Shown here in pieces: positions 11,626 through 24,312 of a DNA stretch of 64,000 bases. A program made the translations under genes and the position numbers. Origin of the DNA: Octopus sinensis. Its lineage: Eukaryota. Location of the stretch: positions 68,882,001 to 68,946,000 of the forward strand of contig NC_043006.1 of assembly GCF_006345805.1 (NCBI RefSeq), given 5' to 3'. Each line of letters opens with the position of its first letter. The first letter of the stretch is position 1. The notes under the pieces were generated by a model that saw only the letters and a program-made list of their open reading frames with translations, was not told where the DNA came from and made no database searches.

Positions 11626-11840
11626 GTAGAGTTGGCAGACTCGATAGAGCGACAGAAAAAATTGCCTTGCGGCATTTTTTCCTGCACTGTACATCCGGGG
11701 TTCAAATCCCGCTGAGACCATCTTTGTCTTTCATCCCTCCAGGCTTGATGAGTTGAAGTATCATGCAAGTACTGGGGTCGATATAATCGACTAAACGCCT
11801 GCTCTAATAATTACAGGTCTTGTGCCGAAATTAGAAACGT
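11626..11840 (+). mobile_element. SINE family A, decayed
   Basis: gagttggcagactcgatagagc...ggggttcaaatccc...ctttcatccc...gtactggggtcgatataatcgact. Confidence 0.7.
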
Positions 11841-11870
11841 TATTACATAAACATACATATACATATACAT

Positions 11871-12025
11871 AGGCACAGGTGTGGTTGTGTGGTAAGAAGC
11901 TTGTTTCCCAACCACATGGTTCCGGGTTCAGTCTCATTGCGTGGCACCTTGGGCAAGTAGCCTTGTGAGTGGATTTGGTAGACGGAAACTGAAAGAAGCC
12001 CGTTGTATGTATGTATGTATGTATG

Positions 12026-12061
<36 letters not shown>

Positions 12062-12082
12062 AAATATATTATATATATTATA

Positions 12083-12142
<60 letters not shown>

Positions 12143-12378
12143 TGTATGTATGTATGTTGTGTGTGTGTGTGTGTATGTTTGTATGTCGTGTTTGCCCCCC
12201 CCCGTAACATCGCTTGACAACCGATAGTGATGTGTTTACGTCCCCGTAGATTAGCGGTTCGGCAAAAGAGACCGATAGAATAAGTACTAGGCTTACAAAG
12301 AATAAGTCCTTAGGTCGATTTTGCTCGACTAAAGGCGGTGCTCCAGCATGACCGCAGTCACATGACTGAAACAAGTAA
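11871..12378 (+). mobile_element. SINE family B with expanded internal microsatellite
   Basis: Head and tail as at 9561-9968; ~170 bp of (TATG)/(TA) inside. Confidence 0.9.
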
Positions 12379-12382
12379 ATAG

Positions 12383-12414
<32 letters not shown>

Positions 12415-12894
12415 CGCGCATGTGTGCATGGATGCGTGAGCATTCAATTGACGTTACTATATTAGAGCAAGTTTAATATTAAGAACAGTTCATTTATTGA
12501 TGGCAGGGCACAATATGTATTGTAAAGGTCATGTGTTTGTGCTTGTGTGAGGTACAGTTCTTCCGCGCGGTACCTTGGGTCAGTGTCTTCTACTATGTGT
12601 ATATTGTGTGGTGTGTGTGTGTGTCCTTGGTACTGCATTATATATTTGAAAAAATGAAAAGAAATGATTACTCTGATAATTTCTCCTCTCTTTATAATTA
12701 GACGTTTACATCTAATAATTTATAAACATCATTAAAGCCTAATTATAAACATCTAATCATTAATGTCGAAAAATTATCATAAAAGCCATTTCTATTCATT
12801 TTTTAAAATGTACACACACATACACACACACACATATATATGTTCACACACACACACATACATGTATATAAACATACATATCCTTTTATGCTAT

Positions 12895-13094
12895 TATCTT
12901 TTACTTCTTTCATAAATTTGACGACGGCCATGCTGGAGCACCGCTTTTAGTCGAACAAATCGACCTCAAGACTTATTCTATTGGTCTTTAGCTGAACCAC
13001 TAAGTTACAGGGACGTAAACACACCAGCATCGGTTATCAAGCGATGGTGGGGAGACAAACACAGACACAAAAATACACACACACACACACACAC

Positions 13095-13142
<48 letters not shown>

Positions 13143-13222
13143 CACACACACACAATAAATATATAAATATATGCATATACGACGAGCTTCTTTCAGTTGC
13201 CGTCTACCAAATCCACTCAAAG
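12895..13222 (-). mobile_element. SINE family B, 5'-truncated, inverted relative to 11871-12378
   Basis: cggccatgctggagcaccgc...cttctttcagttgccgtctaccaaatccactca. Confidence 0.85.
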
Positions 13223-13355
13223 GATCTCCGCTGAACTTGCTTCATTATTGACTCCGAAAAGATGGAAAGCGAAGTCGACCTCAGTGGAACGTTAAATAGC
13301 CATTTTGTCCCACTCACTGACGATTCTTCCAGCTCAAGAGAATTATAAAATAAAA

Positions 13356-13408
<53 letters not shown>

Positions 13409-13605
13409 CACTCACACACACGTTATGAGTGACACAAGCAGTATCAGTTCAAAGCAACAATATATTTGAAGCAAATAACCGTCTATGTATGTACGCATGC
13501 ATGCATGTATGTTTGAATGTATGTACCGTTGTATGTATTTATGTGTATACACACACACACACATACACACACACATACATACATACATTCATACATACAT
13601 ACATA

Positions 13606-13850
13606 CATACAAAATTTAGAGGAATGACCACTAAAGTCGACTCCTAATAAGCTAAATATAGACGTCAAATCGCCGTTACCACGAAGAGTATGTTCTCAAG
13701 AAAAATTTCAGCAAAGCACCAAAATGTAAAAATATGACATTTTGCTGTAATTTTTCTTGAGAACACACTCTTCGTGGTAAAGGCGATTTGACGTCTATAT
13801 TTAGCATATTAGGAGACCCCTTTAGTGGCCATTCCTCCTAATTTTGTATG
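13606..13850. mobile_element. Fold-back (palindromic) MITE-like element, ~110-bp arms
   Basis: Left catacaaaatttagaggaatgaccactaaag...tagacgtcaaatcgccgttaccacgaagagtatgttctcaagaaaaatttcagcaaa pairs with right tttgctgtaatttttcttgagaacacactcttcgtggtaaaggcgatttgacgtcta...ctttagtggccattcctcctaattttgtatg. Confidence 0.85.
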
Positions 13851-13952
13851 TAATACAATTTTTAATCTTCGGAATTTTTAAATATGCTAAGCCACTGGTT
13901 TTAATTAATTAATATCAATTTCTATCCTCCTTATTTAATTTTTACATGCATG

Positions 13953-14016
<64 letters not shown>

Positions 14017-14119
14017 AATTTAAATAATAAAGGTGAAATATTGAATATTCATTTGATTAATATCAATTTAAAACCAGTGGCCTAGCATATTGAAAATTCA
14101 GAAAAATTATATTACATAC
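13846..14119. mobile_element. Second inverted-repeat element with central (CA)n(TA)n
   Basis: gtatgtaatacaatttt..aatatgctaagccactggttttaa / ttaaaaccagtggcctagcatatt..aaaattatattacatac. Confidence 0.75.
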
Positions 14120-14120
14120 A

Positions 14121-14370
<250 letters not shown>

Positions 14371-14419
14371 ATATATATACACGCACACACATACATATAT
14401 CATTCACTATAAGTCTCGA

Positions 14420-15400
14420 AAAAGTCAATCACTGATTCACTACATATCCTATGGTGAGAGGGACAAAAGTCTTCGTGAACTCTGGCAGTGTCTCGCCTGT
14501 CGAAATGGTACATATGACAGTTACTGGTAATCTGTCCCAAGCTGTCACACAAGCAACCAAATTACTGTCTAGAGTGGCGATATCTTCGCAAAGGGTATTG
14601 ATAAAATGAACGCAAAATTGAATATATTTGTTGTAAAGGATTATTACTAATCTCTCCCCTCCTTTACTCATTTTGATAGCCTCAGCTCCTCCAAACTGCG
14701 ATCCTTTTTAAGAACTTTTACACAGAACTTAGTTGCGTGCGTTGTGTGAGGTATTCTTTCAGCATTCATATTTGTACTTCGTGCTGTTTCAGGTTTCAGT
14801 AACATTGCATTTCTGGGCTTCGTAATACTCTCTCTTCCGTGTTTGTCCATCTTCATTGTTTCTAGACTTTCACAGTCTCATCTTCAAGATGGAGTGATCT
14901 TGCTGTGAGTTCAATGTGTTTGGTATTGACATTACACTAACAATTATAATTTTGAAATCTTTATTTATATATCATTCATATGTGTGTATATACTTGTGAC
15001 TAATTATGTCTGAGTTTATTTTAACATTGTGCTGTATTATGCTTCATGAATGGTTAATTTTAATTTTTTTAGAGGAATTCTGTGAAATATAAATGTACTG
15101 TCTACTAATGTTTTATTAACCCGCTTAGTGGTTGACGATGTAGTAGATTATAGTTGCCCCTTGTAATTGCATGGTGAGTTGACAACAGATTGTCATACTT
15201 GTAAGACCAATATAACAGTTGGGGTCGTGAAGTTTACAACTTTCAAGTTTGCTATAAATTCCATTAATCATAACTAACTTGTTTTTAACGTCGTTAGTTG
15301 ATAGTCTGAGGTAGAGTATTTTGTGTTCTGTTTTATGGGCAGTTTACAATAAAAATTATTTAGTCAATATAACTAAAACTTTCTTGTGTCCTTCTTTAAA
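14420..15400 (-). mobile_element. Penelope-like element remnant (GIY-YIG endonuclease end plus pLTR)
   Basis: Minus strand CYIGLTS (YIGLT at 15200-15214) ..LTM.L.. ..KLKLTIHEA (15040-15054), then a 3' region with hammerhead-like cTTGAAGAtgagactgtGAAAgtcTA near 14855-14890. Confidence 0.6.
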
Positions 15401-16232
15401 TAAAATAGTAGGGCGTGATTTGAGGGAGATTTGATTGCATGATTATTGTTGCTGTTGTTATTATAATTCTTGCTGCTGTTGTTAGTGTTGTAGTTGTTGT
15501 TTTGATGATGATTGTTGTTGTTACTGTTGTGATTTTGGTGGTGATGTTATTGTTGATACTGTTGTTGTTGCTGTTGGTGGTGGTGGTGGTGGTGGTGGTG
15601 GTGATGGCGGCAAAGATGTTGTTGACATCGTGGCTGATATTGTACTTGATGTTCTTGCGCTGTTGTCGTTGATAAAGTTGTTGATTATTTCTGTTTTGCT
15701 TTTGGATTTTGTTTTCACTAAATGTAAAAATTCAATCAGTAACCATGACAACGAATTAATCTATAACAAACAACTGAAAGTTCCACCTAAAAAAAAAAAC
15801 TATATATATATACATTTAAAAACAATAACAACAGACAGACAATAATTTGGAGGAGTAAGTCTGGTGGCGGTGGTGGTGTTGGTGGTGGTGTTGGTGGTGG
15901 TGGTGGGGATGAGAGGTATGAAGTGTACCAGTTGACCCTGCTTAGTTGAGGTGAATCAGTAATATTTCTCCGTCCACCAGACACAAAATTACATTACTGT
16001 CTCCATTTAGATTGATTCATATACATGGACGCCATTGCGTTCTCTCTCTCCCCTCTCCCTCTCCTGACTATATATGGACGCCATTTCACTCTCCGTTCCC
16101 TCTCCCACACTCTCCTTTTTTTACTTTCTTTCTCTCTCTAATTTACTCTCTCCTGTTCTGCTCCTCATCACGGCATCTTTCTCCCACTTCTCTATTTCTC
16201 CTCATATTTACAAACGTACATCTTACTATCTC

Positions 16233-16267
<35 letters not shown>

Positions 16268-16308
16268 GTTTACTCTTCATACTTTTTCTTGTTCATCTTC
16301 TCTCTACC

Positions 16309-16532
16309 TATTTCTTTACTGCCAACAGGGAGCTACACACACAGGGGACAAACAAGGACAGACAAACGGATTAAGTCGATTATATCGACCCCAGTGCGTA
16401 ACTGGTACTTATTTAATTGACCCCGAAAAGATAAAAGGCAAAGTCGACCTCGGCGGAATTTGAACTCAGAACGTAGCGGTAGACGAAATACCGCAAAGCA
16501 TTTTGCCCGCCGTACTAACGTTTCTGCCAGCT
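16309..16532 (-). mobile_element. SINE family A, full length
   Basis: Same sequence as 341-572 including tail gacaaacaaggacagacaaacggattaagtcgat. Confidence 0.9.
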
Positions 16533-16927
16533 CTCTACCGTCTCTCCCGTCCCATCTTTGTCTCCCCTTCTGTATTTTTCTTCTCCAGTCCCTTTAAAAC
16601 TTATGCTTCAAACAGAAAGACATGAAAGTCGCAACAAAATTTCGCACATCCTAATCAAAAAGGAATCCCTCGCTCTTCCTCTTTCTCTCGTTCTCTCTCT
16701 TGTTTATTCTGTATATCTTGATATCATCAACTCTCCCCCCAGTCTCTCATTCTGTTTCCGAATTGCTGCAGCATGGACGTTACAGCGTAACATTTTACAT
16801 TTCCATGTTTGAAACGATGAACCTTGTATCCACACCGACGCATCACATCTCATCCGTCGGTGGGAACATGACAACTTACTCTCCTTTAACTACACCAAGG
16901 CTCAATAATTAGAGGAAGTCTTTATGT

Positions 16928-17183
16928 TAGTGCTTCTCACCTGGGGTACATATGGCCCTTGGGGATCCATATAAATTTTTTTTTGTTAAAATTTATCTGC
17001 AATAAATTGTTTGTACTTCTACAGTACTTAAAATATTTTACCAATGTTTTTAAATACAATTCTTAATAATATTTAATTGTAAAAATATAGTAGTATTTTT
17101 TAAACATTGAATAGTTTTGAGGGCCCACCGGAGTAAAAGAAGAATTAAAGGGATTCATAGATAAACAGTTGTTGAGAACCCTG
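16928..17183. mobile_element. hAT-type MITE (old)
   Basis: tagtgcttctcacctgggg...gttgagaaccctg; degenerate TSD ctttatgt/ctcaattt. Confidence 0.65.
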
Positions 17184-17877
17184 CTCAATTTGTTCGCTAG
17201 ATTTGTTAGAACTATCAATCAAATCTCTCTGGAATCGTACTCTACCGTCTTAGAAATAAGACAGTTTTCCTACACATAGTAAAAATGCCTTCTTACACTT
17301 AGTAAAAACTCTTTCCTATACATAGTAAAAAGAAAGCCGAAGGCTTGAACATCTTTAAACCTAGTTCTGCTTAATGAGAACTGACCTTGGAAATAATGAC
17401 AATCTTTTTATGTCATGAACAAATCTACATTGGAATATTGGGTCGATTCATTTGACTAAAATTCCTCATGGTGGTGCCCCAGCATGGCCGCAGTCTTATA
17501 ACTGCAACAAGTAAAAGATAAAAGATAAAAGATGGCTACGTATCTTCTATATTCAAGTACATACAGCTACAACCGTTTTCTCACCATTAGTGCTAGGTCC
17601 AGCTGCGCATTAAACAATTGTATTAAATCCTTCTTAAACCTGCAACCAATTGCTACACTATTCCTAATCTCGTTTATTTTTTTCTATTGGCATCAGCGTG
17701 AATAACATTAATCATGTTAATCACCATCAGTCTTAGAGGATCTAAATGAATGATGAGCGCTGTCTATAGACATCAGTCTGCATAACATTAATCAGTCTGA
17801 GAAGACCTGAATACAGTTTAAGTGCTCCCTATAGACATCACTCTCTATAAAATATCAACTATGTTAACCTTCTACAG

Positions 17878-18196
17878 CAATGGTTCTCAACTGGGACTCC
17901 TATCACCCCCCGAGGGATCATATGTGATTTTGTGAGATCCACGTAAGCAAAACAGTTAATAAAAATAGCAATATTTTAAGGGTACATGAAAACACTTTGC
18001 TTTAGATGAATTTATTTCAAGAAACAGTTAGGTTTTCTGACAATAATGCTTTACAGGGTTCAACGTATTTCCAGTCAGTCTCTGAGAGAGGGCGCTATTG
18101 CAAATGTACAACAATAAACATGTGGAAAACAAAATAGGGATTTTGAAAGAAGTAAGATCAAATGGTCTATAGGCAAAACATGGATGAGCACCACTG
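17878..18196. mobile_element. hAT-type MITE
   Basis: TIR caatggttctcaa / atgagcaccactg; perfect TSD TTCTACAG at 17870-17877 and 18197-18204. Confidence 0.85.
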
Positions 18197-18248
18197 TTCT
18201 ACAGACTAAGAGCCTGAAAACGTAATGTGTTGTCTATAGACATCATTT

Positions 18249-18420
18249 AAGCTACGAGCTGGTAGAATCGTTAGCACACAGGGTGAAATGCTTAGCGGTA
18301 TTTCATCCGTCCTCACGCTCTGTGTTCAAATTCTGCCGAGGCTGACTTTGACTTTCATAATTTCGGAGTCGATAAAATAAGTATCAATGGAGCTCTGGGG
18401 TCGATGTTATCGACTTAACT
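18249..18420 (+). mobile_element. SINE family A
   Basis: aagctacgagctggtagaatcgttagcac...tgttcaaattctgccgaggctgactttgactttc...ggggtcgatgttatcgactta. Confidence 0.8.
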
Positions 18421-19016
18421 ACTCCTGGGTAAGCGTATAAAAACTACCCCCACCCGCCAAGAAATGTCGAGCCTGTTTGACAGAGTAGGCTCATCATGCC
18501 AGTATGATCTCAAGTTCAAATTCACACCCTCCACATCAGACCGTGGTTGGTGGAAAAAACATGTTGAAACCTTCATCCAGCAGTGAACTGAACACAGGTA
18601 ATCCAGTCCAGTCCAACTGAATAAACATCAATTAACCCTGTTCAATATGAGGGAACCTAAATGCCTAGTAAGTGCTGTCTCTAGGAATCAGTCTATATTA
18701 CATAAACCATGTTGATTTGAGCTGGCCTGTATACATCATGAGCGCTGCCGTTGACCCCACTCACAATAAACAAAATAACTTATAACCGACCGGTGAAAAG
18801 TTGGCTTAACACGCAGATAATAAACACCAAGGAACTACTTATTCACTTCACATATAATTCTCGTTATTTCTAAAAATAATTGGAACACGACTTTTATTTT
18901 AAAGACAGTATTAATGGTTTACCTTATATGTTGGGAAGTTAACTTGGCAGTTATTTAGTTCCAGGGTTCGATACCACCTGATATCATTTTACCCTGTAAC
19001 ATAGCCACCACATACG

Positions 19017-19047
<31 letters not shown>

Positions 19048-19321
19048 ACACACACACACACATGTATGTATTTATGTATTATGTATGTATGTATATGTAT
19101 ACATATACACATACATATGCAGTTACAGACACGTACATGCTAACACCAATCTTGTCCCGTATTCACACTCACGTACGCGTATGTTTAGAGGTGAGGAGAC
19201 AGAGTAAGACACAAATCGAAAAGAGTATAGAGGTAAAGAGAAAGAAGTGAGTGAAAGAAATGAGAGAGGTGGGGTTTCAAGATGACCCCTTTAATTTACC
19301 TTAATTGTCTCTTTAGTCTTT

Positions 19322-19768
19322 CAACAGAACCGGTCATTTTTTTTCCTCTTTTTATACGGGTTTGCACGAAACGAGGCTCGAGGTCACTGTAGCGTAAGGG
19401 ACTATTAAGATGGAAAAAAGGGGCCTACATATTGAAAAGATGTCGAATGACAGAAAGCTTAAAGGGATGGATATCATAGACCCGAGGAACACAAGACGAT
19501 GGTTGTGAGTTCCAGAGGGCAGTATTTTGAAGAAAGAAAATATTACAACAGAACCGGTCATTTTTGTTTTCATTTTATACGGGTTTGCTCGAAACAAGGC
19601 TCAAGTTCACTGTAGCGTAAGGGACTACTAAGATGGAAAAAGGGGGCCTACATATTGAAAAGATGTCGAATGACAGAAAGCTTAAAGGGCTGGATATCAT
19701 AGACCCGAGGAACACAAGACGATGGTTGTGAGTTCCAGAGGGCAGTATTTTGAAGAAAGAAAATATTA
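19322..19768. repeat. Head-to-tail duplication of a ~224-bp unique unit
   Basis: Unit 1 at 19322-19545 and unit 2 at 19546-19768 both begin caacagaaccggtcattttt and end ttgaagaaagaaaatatta, with few differences. Confidence 0.95.
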
Positions 19769-20934
19769 GCATGAAAGAACTTAGCTAATAGGAAGCTCAA
19801 CGGAGAAACGATGAGCCTGAAAAGAGAAGCAGGTTACTCGTTTAAAGGTCTTGACAGAAAGTACTAACTAGACCCTCCGTTAGGAACTTTACTAAGCCTT
19901 ACTAATTCTTACTAATAATGTAAAGCATAGATGTTGATTGATCAATGATATAAATTCGACGTTGCCCCCCAGTTCAATGTACAATGTTGGTTAAAGTTGC
20001 TGGAATATATTTGAGATATGTTTGGTATTGGCTTAGCTCTGAGAGAAATCTACCGGATGACCAAAAATATACATCAAAGGCATCCATATTCGTTTCATGT
20101 TTTAATTAAATTTAGACACACAAGCACACGCATAAGCAATTACGCAGACGAGTTATTGGAAACTGAAACTTGGCAAATCTTTACTCCGAGTTACCCACTA
20201 CCGTTCACTCAACATTCATTATGGAGACACTCTTTATTTTTTATCAGTGTGTGTGTTTGCTTGTGTGAAAGTGTGTGTGCGAGTGTATGAACGTGCGTGC
20301 ATGGGGGGGGGCACGTTTGCGTTTACAAGTATTTCTGTATAACTGTTAGTTGTACGATCATTGCAGAGAGTCCGATAGATGGTATATATATATATTATAT
20401 GTACGTGAGTGTGCGTGTTTGTGTCTGTGTCTACGTGTGTGTATATATGTGTGTTAATTAGGTGTATACACAATGACGGATGTGATTAGAAACATGTTAA
20501 TCTAACTGACGTGCTTAATTGGCGACGGAATTACCAAAGATAGAAAACCGTGCCCCGCCCCACTTCTGCTGCCCTTCCACTTCTATACTCTCTCATAAAT
20601 GTATCTGCCACCACCGCCGCCGCCACCACTACCACCACTATCACCAGCATGCCGCCACCAACTTCATCATTATTACCATCACCTACTCAATCACCAACAC
20701 CCCTACCCCCACCACAATTAGTGCCAACACTACAACAGTCTAATACTATCACCAACTGAAAAAGAACGCCATCACCACCACCACCACCATTACCAACGCC
20801 AATACTTTCCTGGGGTATTTCTTCAGAATAAACATCACTGCATTGAAGCCTCCCTTTTTCTGTTCACACACACACACACCACATACACATCTCTACCTCT
20901 CTCTTTCTCTCTCGCTCCTTCTCTCTCTCTCCCA

Positions 20935-21110
20935 CCATCACTGTTGGTGTGTTTACGTCCCATAATTTAGCGGTCCAGGAAAAGAGACCGATAGAGTAAG
21001 TACTACGCTTTAAAAGAAATAAGCACTGCGGTCGATTCATTTGACTAAAAATTCTTCAAGGCGGTGCCCCAGCATGGCCACAGTCTCATGACTGAAACAA
21101 GTAGAAAGAA
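20935..21110 (+). mobile_element. SINE family B, 3' part
   Basis: gtgtgtttacgtccc..gagaccgatagagtaagtact..ggtgccccagcatggccacagtc..gactgaaacaag. Confidence 0.8.
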
Positions 21111-21151
21111 ATATGCATATGTACGTATATGAGACATTATGTATGTATATA

Positions 21152-22775
21152 CAGTTGCGGCCAAAATGTTCAGAACGGCATTGTTTTCGTCAGAAATGTA
21201 GGTATAAGTTTTTATCAAAGTTGTTTTATATTCTATAATTTTCACAAACAATAAATACCATATTATTTGTTATTGTCTGAGATTCTGGTGTAATTTGAGA
21301 GGATAATACAAAAGTTATGGATGATTTAGTGATTTACTGCAAAACCCATGCCGGCCAAAATTATCAGAACGGTTGGAAAAATAACAAAATAATCAAAAAT
21401 GACAGAGAATACTGGAATTATTTAATATTTAGCGTGAAGCCCTTTAGCTTCAATCACACTTTGACATCTTCGACTGCATGAGGAAACTAAATTTTTAATT
21501 TCTTGCTTTGTGAACTTATTCAATTTTCTTCCTGATGGGCATTCCATAATTGCTCGGTTGTTTTAGGATTTCTGGCTTTCGAACGTTCTCCTAGAATATT
21601 CCACACATTTTCAATAGGATTGAGATCTGGGCTTTGAGCAGGCCAATCCATAACAATAACCTTTTCAGCCTTGAGGAAGTTCATGACCACCTTAACCTTG
21701 TGACATGGGGCATTGTCCTGCATGAATATGGGTGGTTGCTTAGTTGAATTTCTCAGCACAGGCAAGACATGATCTTTTACAAGTTGTTTATAAACTCCTG
21801 CATTTACCTTTCCATGTAATCGCACCAAAGGGCCCACACCATCTCCAGATATCATCCCCCAAACCATGACACTTCCTCCACCGAGTTTAACACTAGTCTC
21901 AAGGCATTTAGGCGACAATTTTTCACCTGCTTTTCGACGAACGTACCTTTTCCCATCTGAGCCAAATAACATAGACTTAGATTCATTACTGAAATGCACC
22001 GTTTGCAATTTTTCTTGAGACCACAACACATGTTCGGTTGCAAAGGTAAGACGACACTTTTTATTCTTGGAGCTGATCAGTGGCTTCACTTCAGGCGCTC
22101 TTGCTTGTAGGTCATGTTCAACTAAACGACCAGACAGTTTTTCGAGATAAAGTTTTCTTCAGTACAATGCTCATTTCCCGAGAAACAGCAGCAGCAGTTT
22201 TAAATCTATCCTTTTTAACCAACTTTACCATAGCATGATCTTCTCTCTTGGTCGTTTTTCTTGGCCTACCTGTAGAATTTTTTGCTTTACACGAACCACA
22301 ATCAGCGTAGACCTTAAGAATACCGTGAACAACACTTTTGGACTTGTTAACAATCTTTGCAATACACCCAATACTTAAATTATCCTTCTTTCGAAGCTTA
22401 ATAATCTGCTGACGAATTGGTAACGGAGTAAGTGGCATTATATTAACAAAGTACACTGCAGATATTCTTAAGCGTGTTTAGTAAATGAACCGCCACGTAA
22501 ACAAATTCAAAACATTAGAGTTCGCTGGTTAAATATACTAAAACATGGAGTAAAAGCAACCGTTCTGATAATTTGGGCCGCAATGGGTTTTGCAGTAAAT
22601 CACTAAATCATCCATAACTTTTGTATTATTCTCTCAAATTACACCAGAATCTCAGACAATAACAAATAATATTGTATTTATTGTCTGTGAAAATTATAGA
22701 ATATAAAACAACTTTGATAAAAACTTATATCTACTTTTTTGACGAAAACAATGCCGTTCTGAACATTTTGGCCGC

Positions 22776-22780
<5 letters not shown>
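21152..22780 (-). mobile_element. Tc1-family transposon with ~224-bp IR/DR terminal repeats
   Basis: TA-flanked; left TIR 21152-21375 and right TIR 22557-22780 align end to end; each has outer and inner copies of (t/c)gcggccaaaat(gt/ta)tcagaacgg. Confidence 0.97.
21422..22438 (-). pseudogene. Tc1 transposase (DD34E), two frameshifts, first catalytic D changed to N
   Basis: MPLTPLPIRQQIIKL..GRPRKTT, frameshift near 22133, FSNESK (D>N), QDNAPCH, 34 residues, WPAQSPDLNPIEN, frameshift near 21525, C-terminus SCSRRCQSVIEAKGLHAKY*. Confidence 0.95.
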
Positions 22781-22811
<31 letters not shown>

Positions 22812-22879
22812 GTGCAGATATACTCTTTACTTTTTACTGTGTGTGTGTGCATATATATATATATATGTATATATATATT

Positions 22880-22918
<39 letters not shown>

Positions 22919-22970
22919 GCATATATATACATATATATGCATATATATGCATACACACACACATACATAT

Positions 22971-23390
22971 AGGCGCAGGAGTGGCTGTGTGGTAAGTAGC
23001 TTGCTTACCAACCTCATGGTTCTGGGTTCAGTCCCACTGCGTGGCACCGTAGGCAAGGGTCTTCTACTATAGCCTCGGGCCGATCAACGCTTTGTGAGTG
23101 AATTTGGTAGACGGAAACTGAAAGAATCCCGTCGTATATATGTATATGTGTGTGTGTGTGTGTGTATGTATGTTTGTGTGTCTGTGTTTGTCTCCCCAAC
23201 ATCGCTTGACAACGGATGCTGGTGTGTTTACGTCCCCGTAAACTTTGCGGTTCGGCAAAAGGACCGATAGAATAAGTACTAGGCTTGCAAAGAATAAGTC
23301 CTGGGGTCAATTTGCTCGACTAAATGAGGTGCTCTAGCATGGCCACAGCCAAATGACTGAAACAAGGAAAAGAGTAAAAAGTAAAGAGTA
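22971..23390 (+). mobile_element. SINE family B, full length
   Basis: As 9561-9968; inserted in the (TA)n tract right of the Tc1. Confidence 0.9.
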
Positions 23391-23733
23391 TATCTGCACG
23401 TGTACCCCCCCCCTCCGCCTGACTTAATGATGCCTCATAACTTTCAGAAAAGTGGTGAATTTTCTAAAGAAATTTCCAACAAATACTTTTCAGATGCTGT
23501 AGATTAGGATTATAATGGAATTTAATAACAAAACAAACAAAACGAAAAATGTGTGTGCGTACACATACATACTGACACACGTCACGTAATTGCTTCAACT
23601 CTTGGTGGTCCAAATCAGATATGCAATCTATGTGGGTGTCTTTTCAAAACATTGTTTGGTTTTAAAAGCCACATCAGATGCCATGATGGTTCTAAGTTGT
23701 AAGTACAGGAGGTGGTCAGACTCTGCTTATATA

Positions 23734-23904
23734 GGCGCAGACGTGGCTGTGTGGTAAGAAGCTTGCTTCCTAACCACATGGTTTTGGGTTCAGTCCCATT
23801 GCGTGGTACCTTGGGCAAGTGTTTTCTACTATAGTCTCGGGTCGATCAAAGCCTTATGAGTGGATTTGGTAGACAGAAACTGAAGGAAGCCCGTTTTGTG
23901 TGTG

Positions 23905-23938
<34 letters not shown>

Positions 23939-24130
23939 CGTGTGTATGTATGTTTGTGTGTGTGTAGGAGAGTTTATATATTTATGTGTGTGTCTTTGTA
24001 TCTGTGTTTCTCCCTCCACCATCGCTTGACAACCGATGTGATTGTGTTTATGCCCCCAAAACCTAGCGGTTCGGTAAAAGAGACCGAGAGAATAAGTACT
24101 AGGCTTACAAAGAATAAGTATTGGGGTCGA
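23734..24130 (+). mobile_element. SINE family B, tail replaced by an inverted tail fragment (24130-24180)
   Basis: Runs to ggggtcgatt, then switches to ttactcttttacacgtttcaatcatttgactgcggtcatgctggagcg (tail in reverse orientation). Confidence 0.85.
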
Positions 24131-24181
24131 TTTTACTCTTTTACACGTTTCAATCATTTGACTGCGGTCATGCTGGAGCGA

Positions 24182-24312
24182 CTATGTATAGTTCAAATTT
24201 ACAGAAAACAAAAGACGAAGACAGTTGAGGAAATCACAAGCAGGGGTATTAAGTTTGACACTCGGGAAGAATGGAAAAGTCGTTGAGGTTTCGAGCCTAC
24301 GCTCTTCCGCAG
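24182..24312 (-). mobile_element. Short Penelope-pLTR-like repeat with minimal hammerhead-like motif
   Basis: Reverse complement ctgcggaagagcgtaggctcgaaacctcaacgac..ttcccgag..gtcttcgtcttttg; same family as 34425-34557 and 53781-53910. Confidence 0.6.

Noticed and set aside
17267-17331. Three 19-bp repeats (ttc(c/t)ta(c/t)ac(a/t)tagtaaaaa) with 4-nt spacers, 23-bp period
   Set aside because: Superficially array-like, but it is an ordinary minisatellite; spacers are far too short for CRISPR and the context is eukaryotic.
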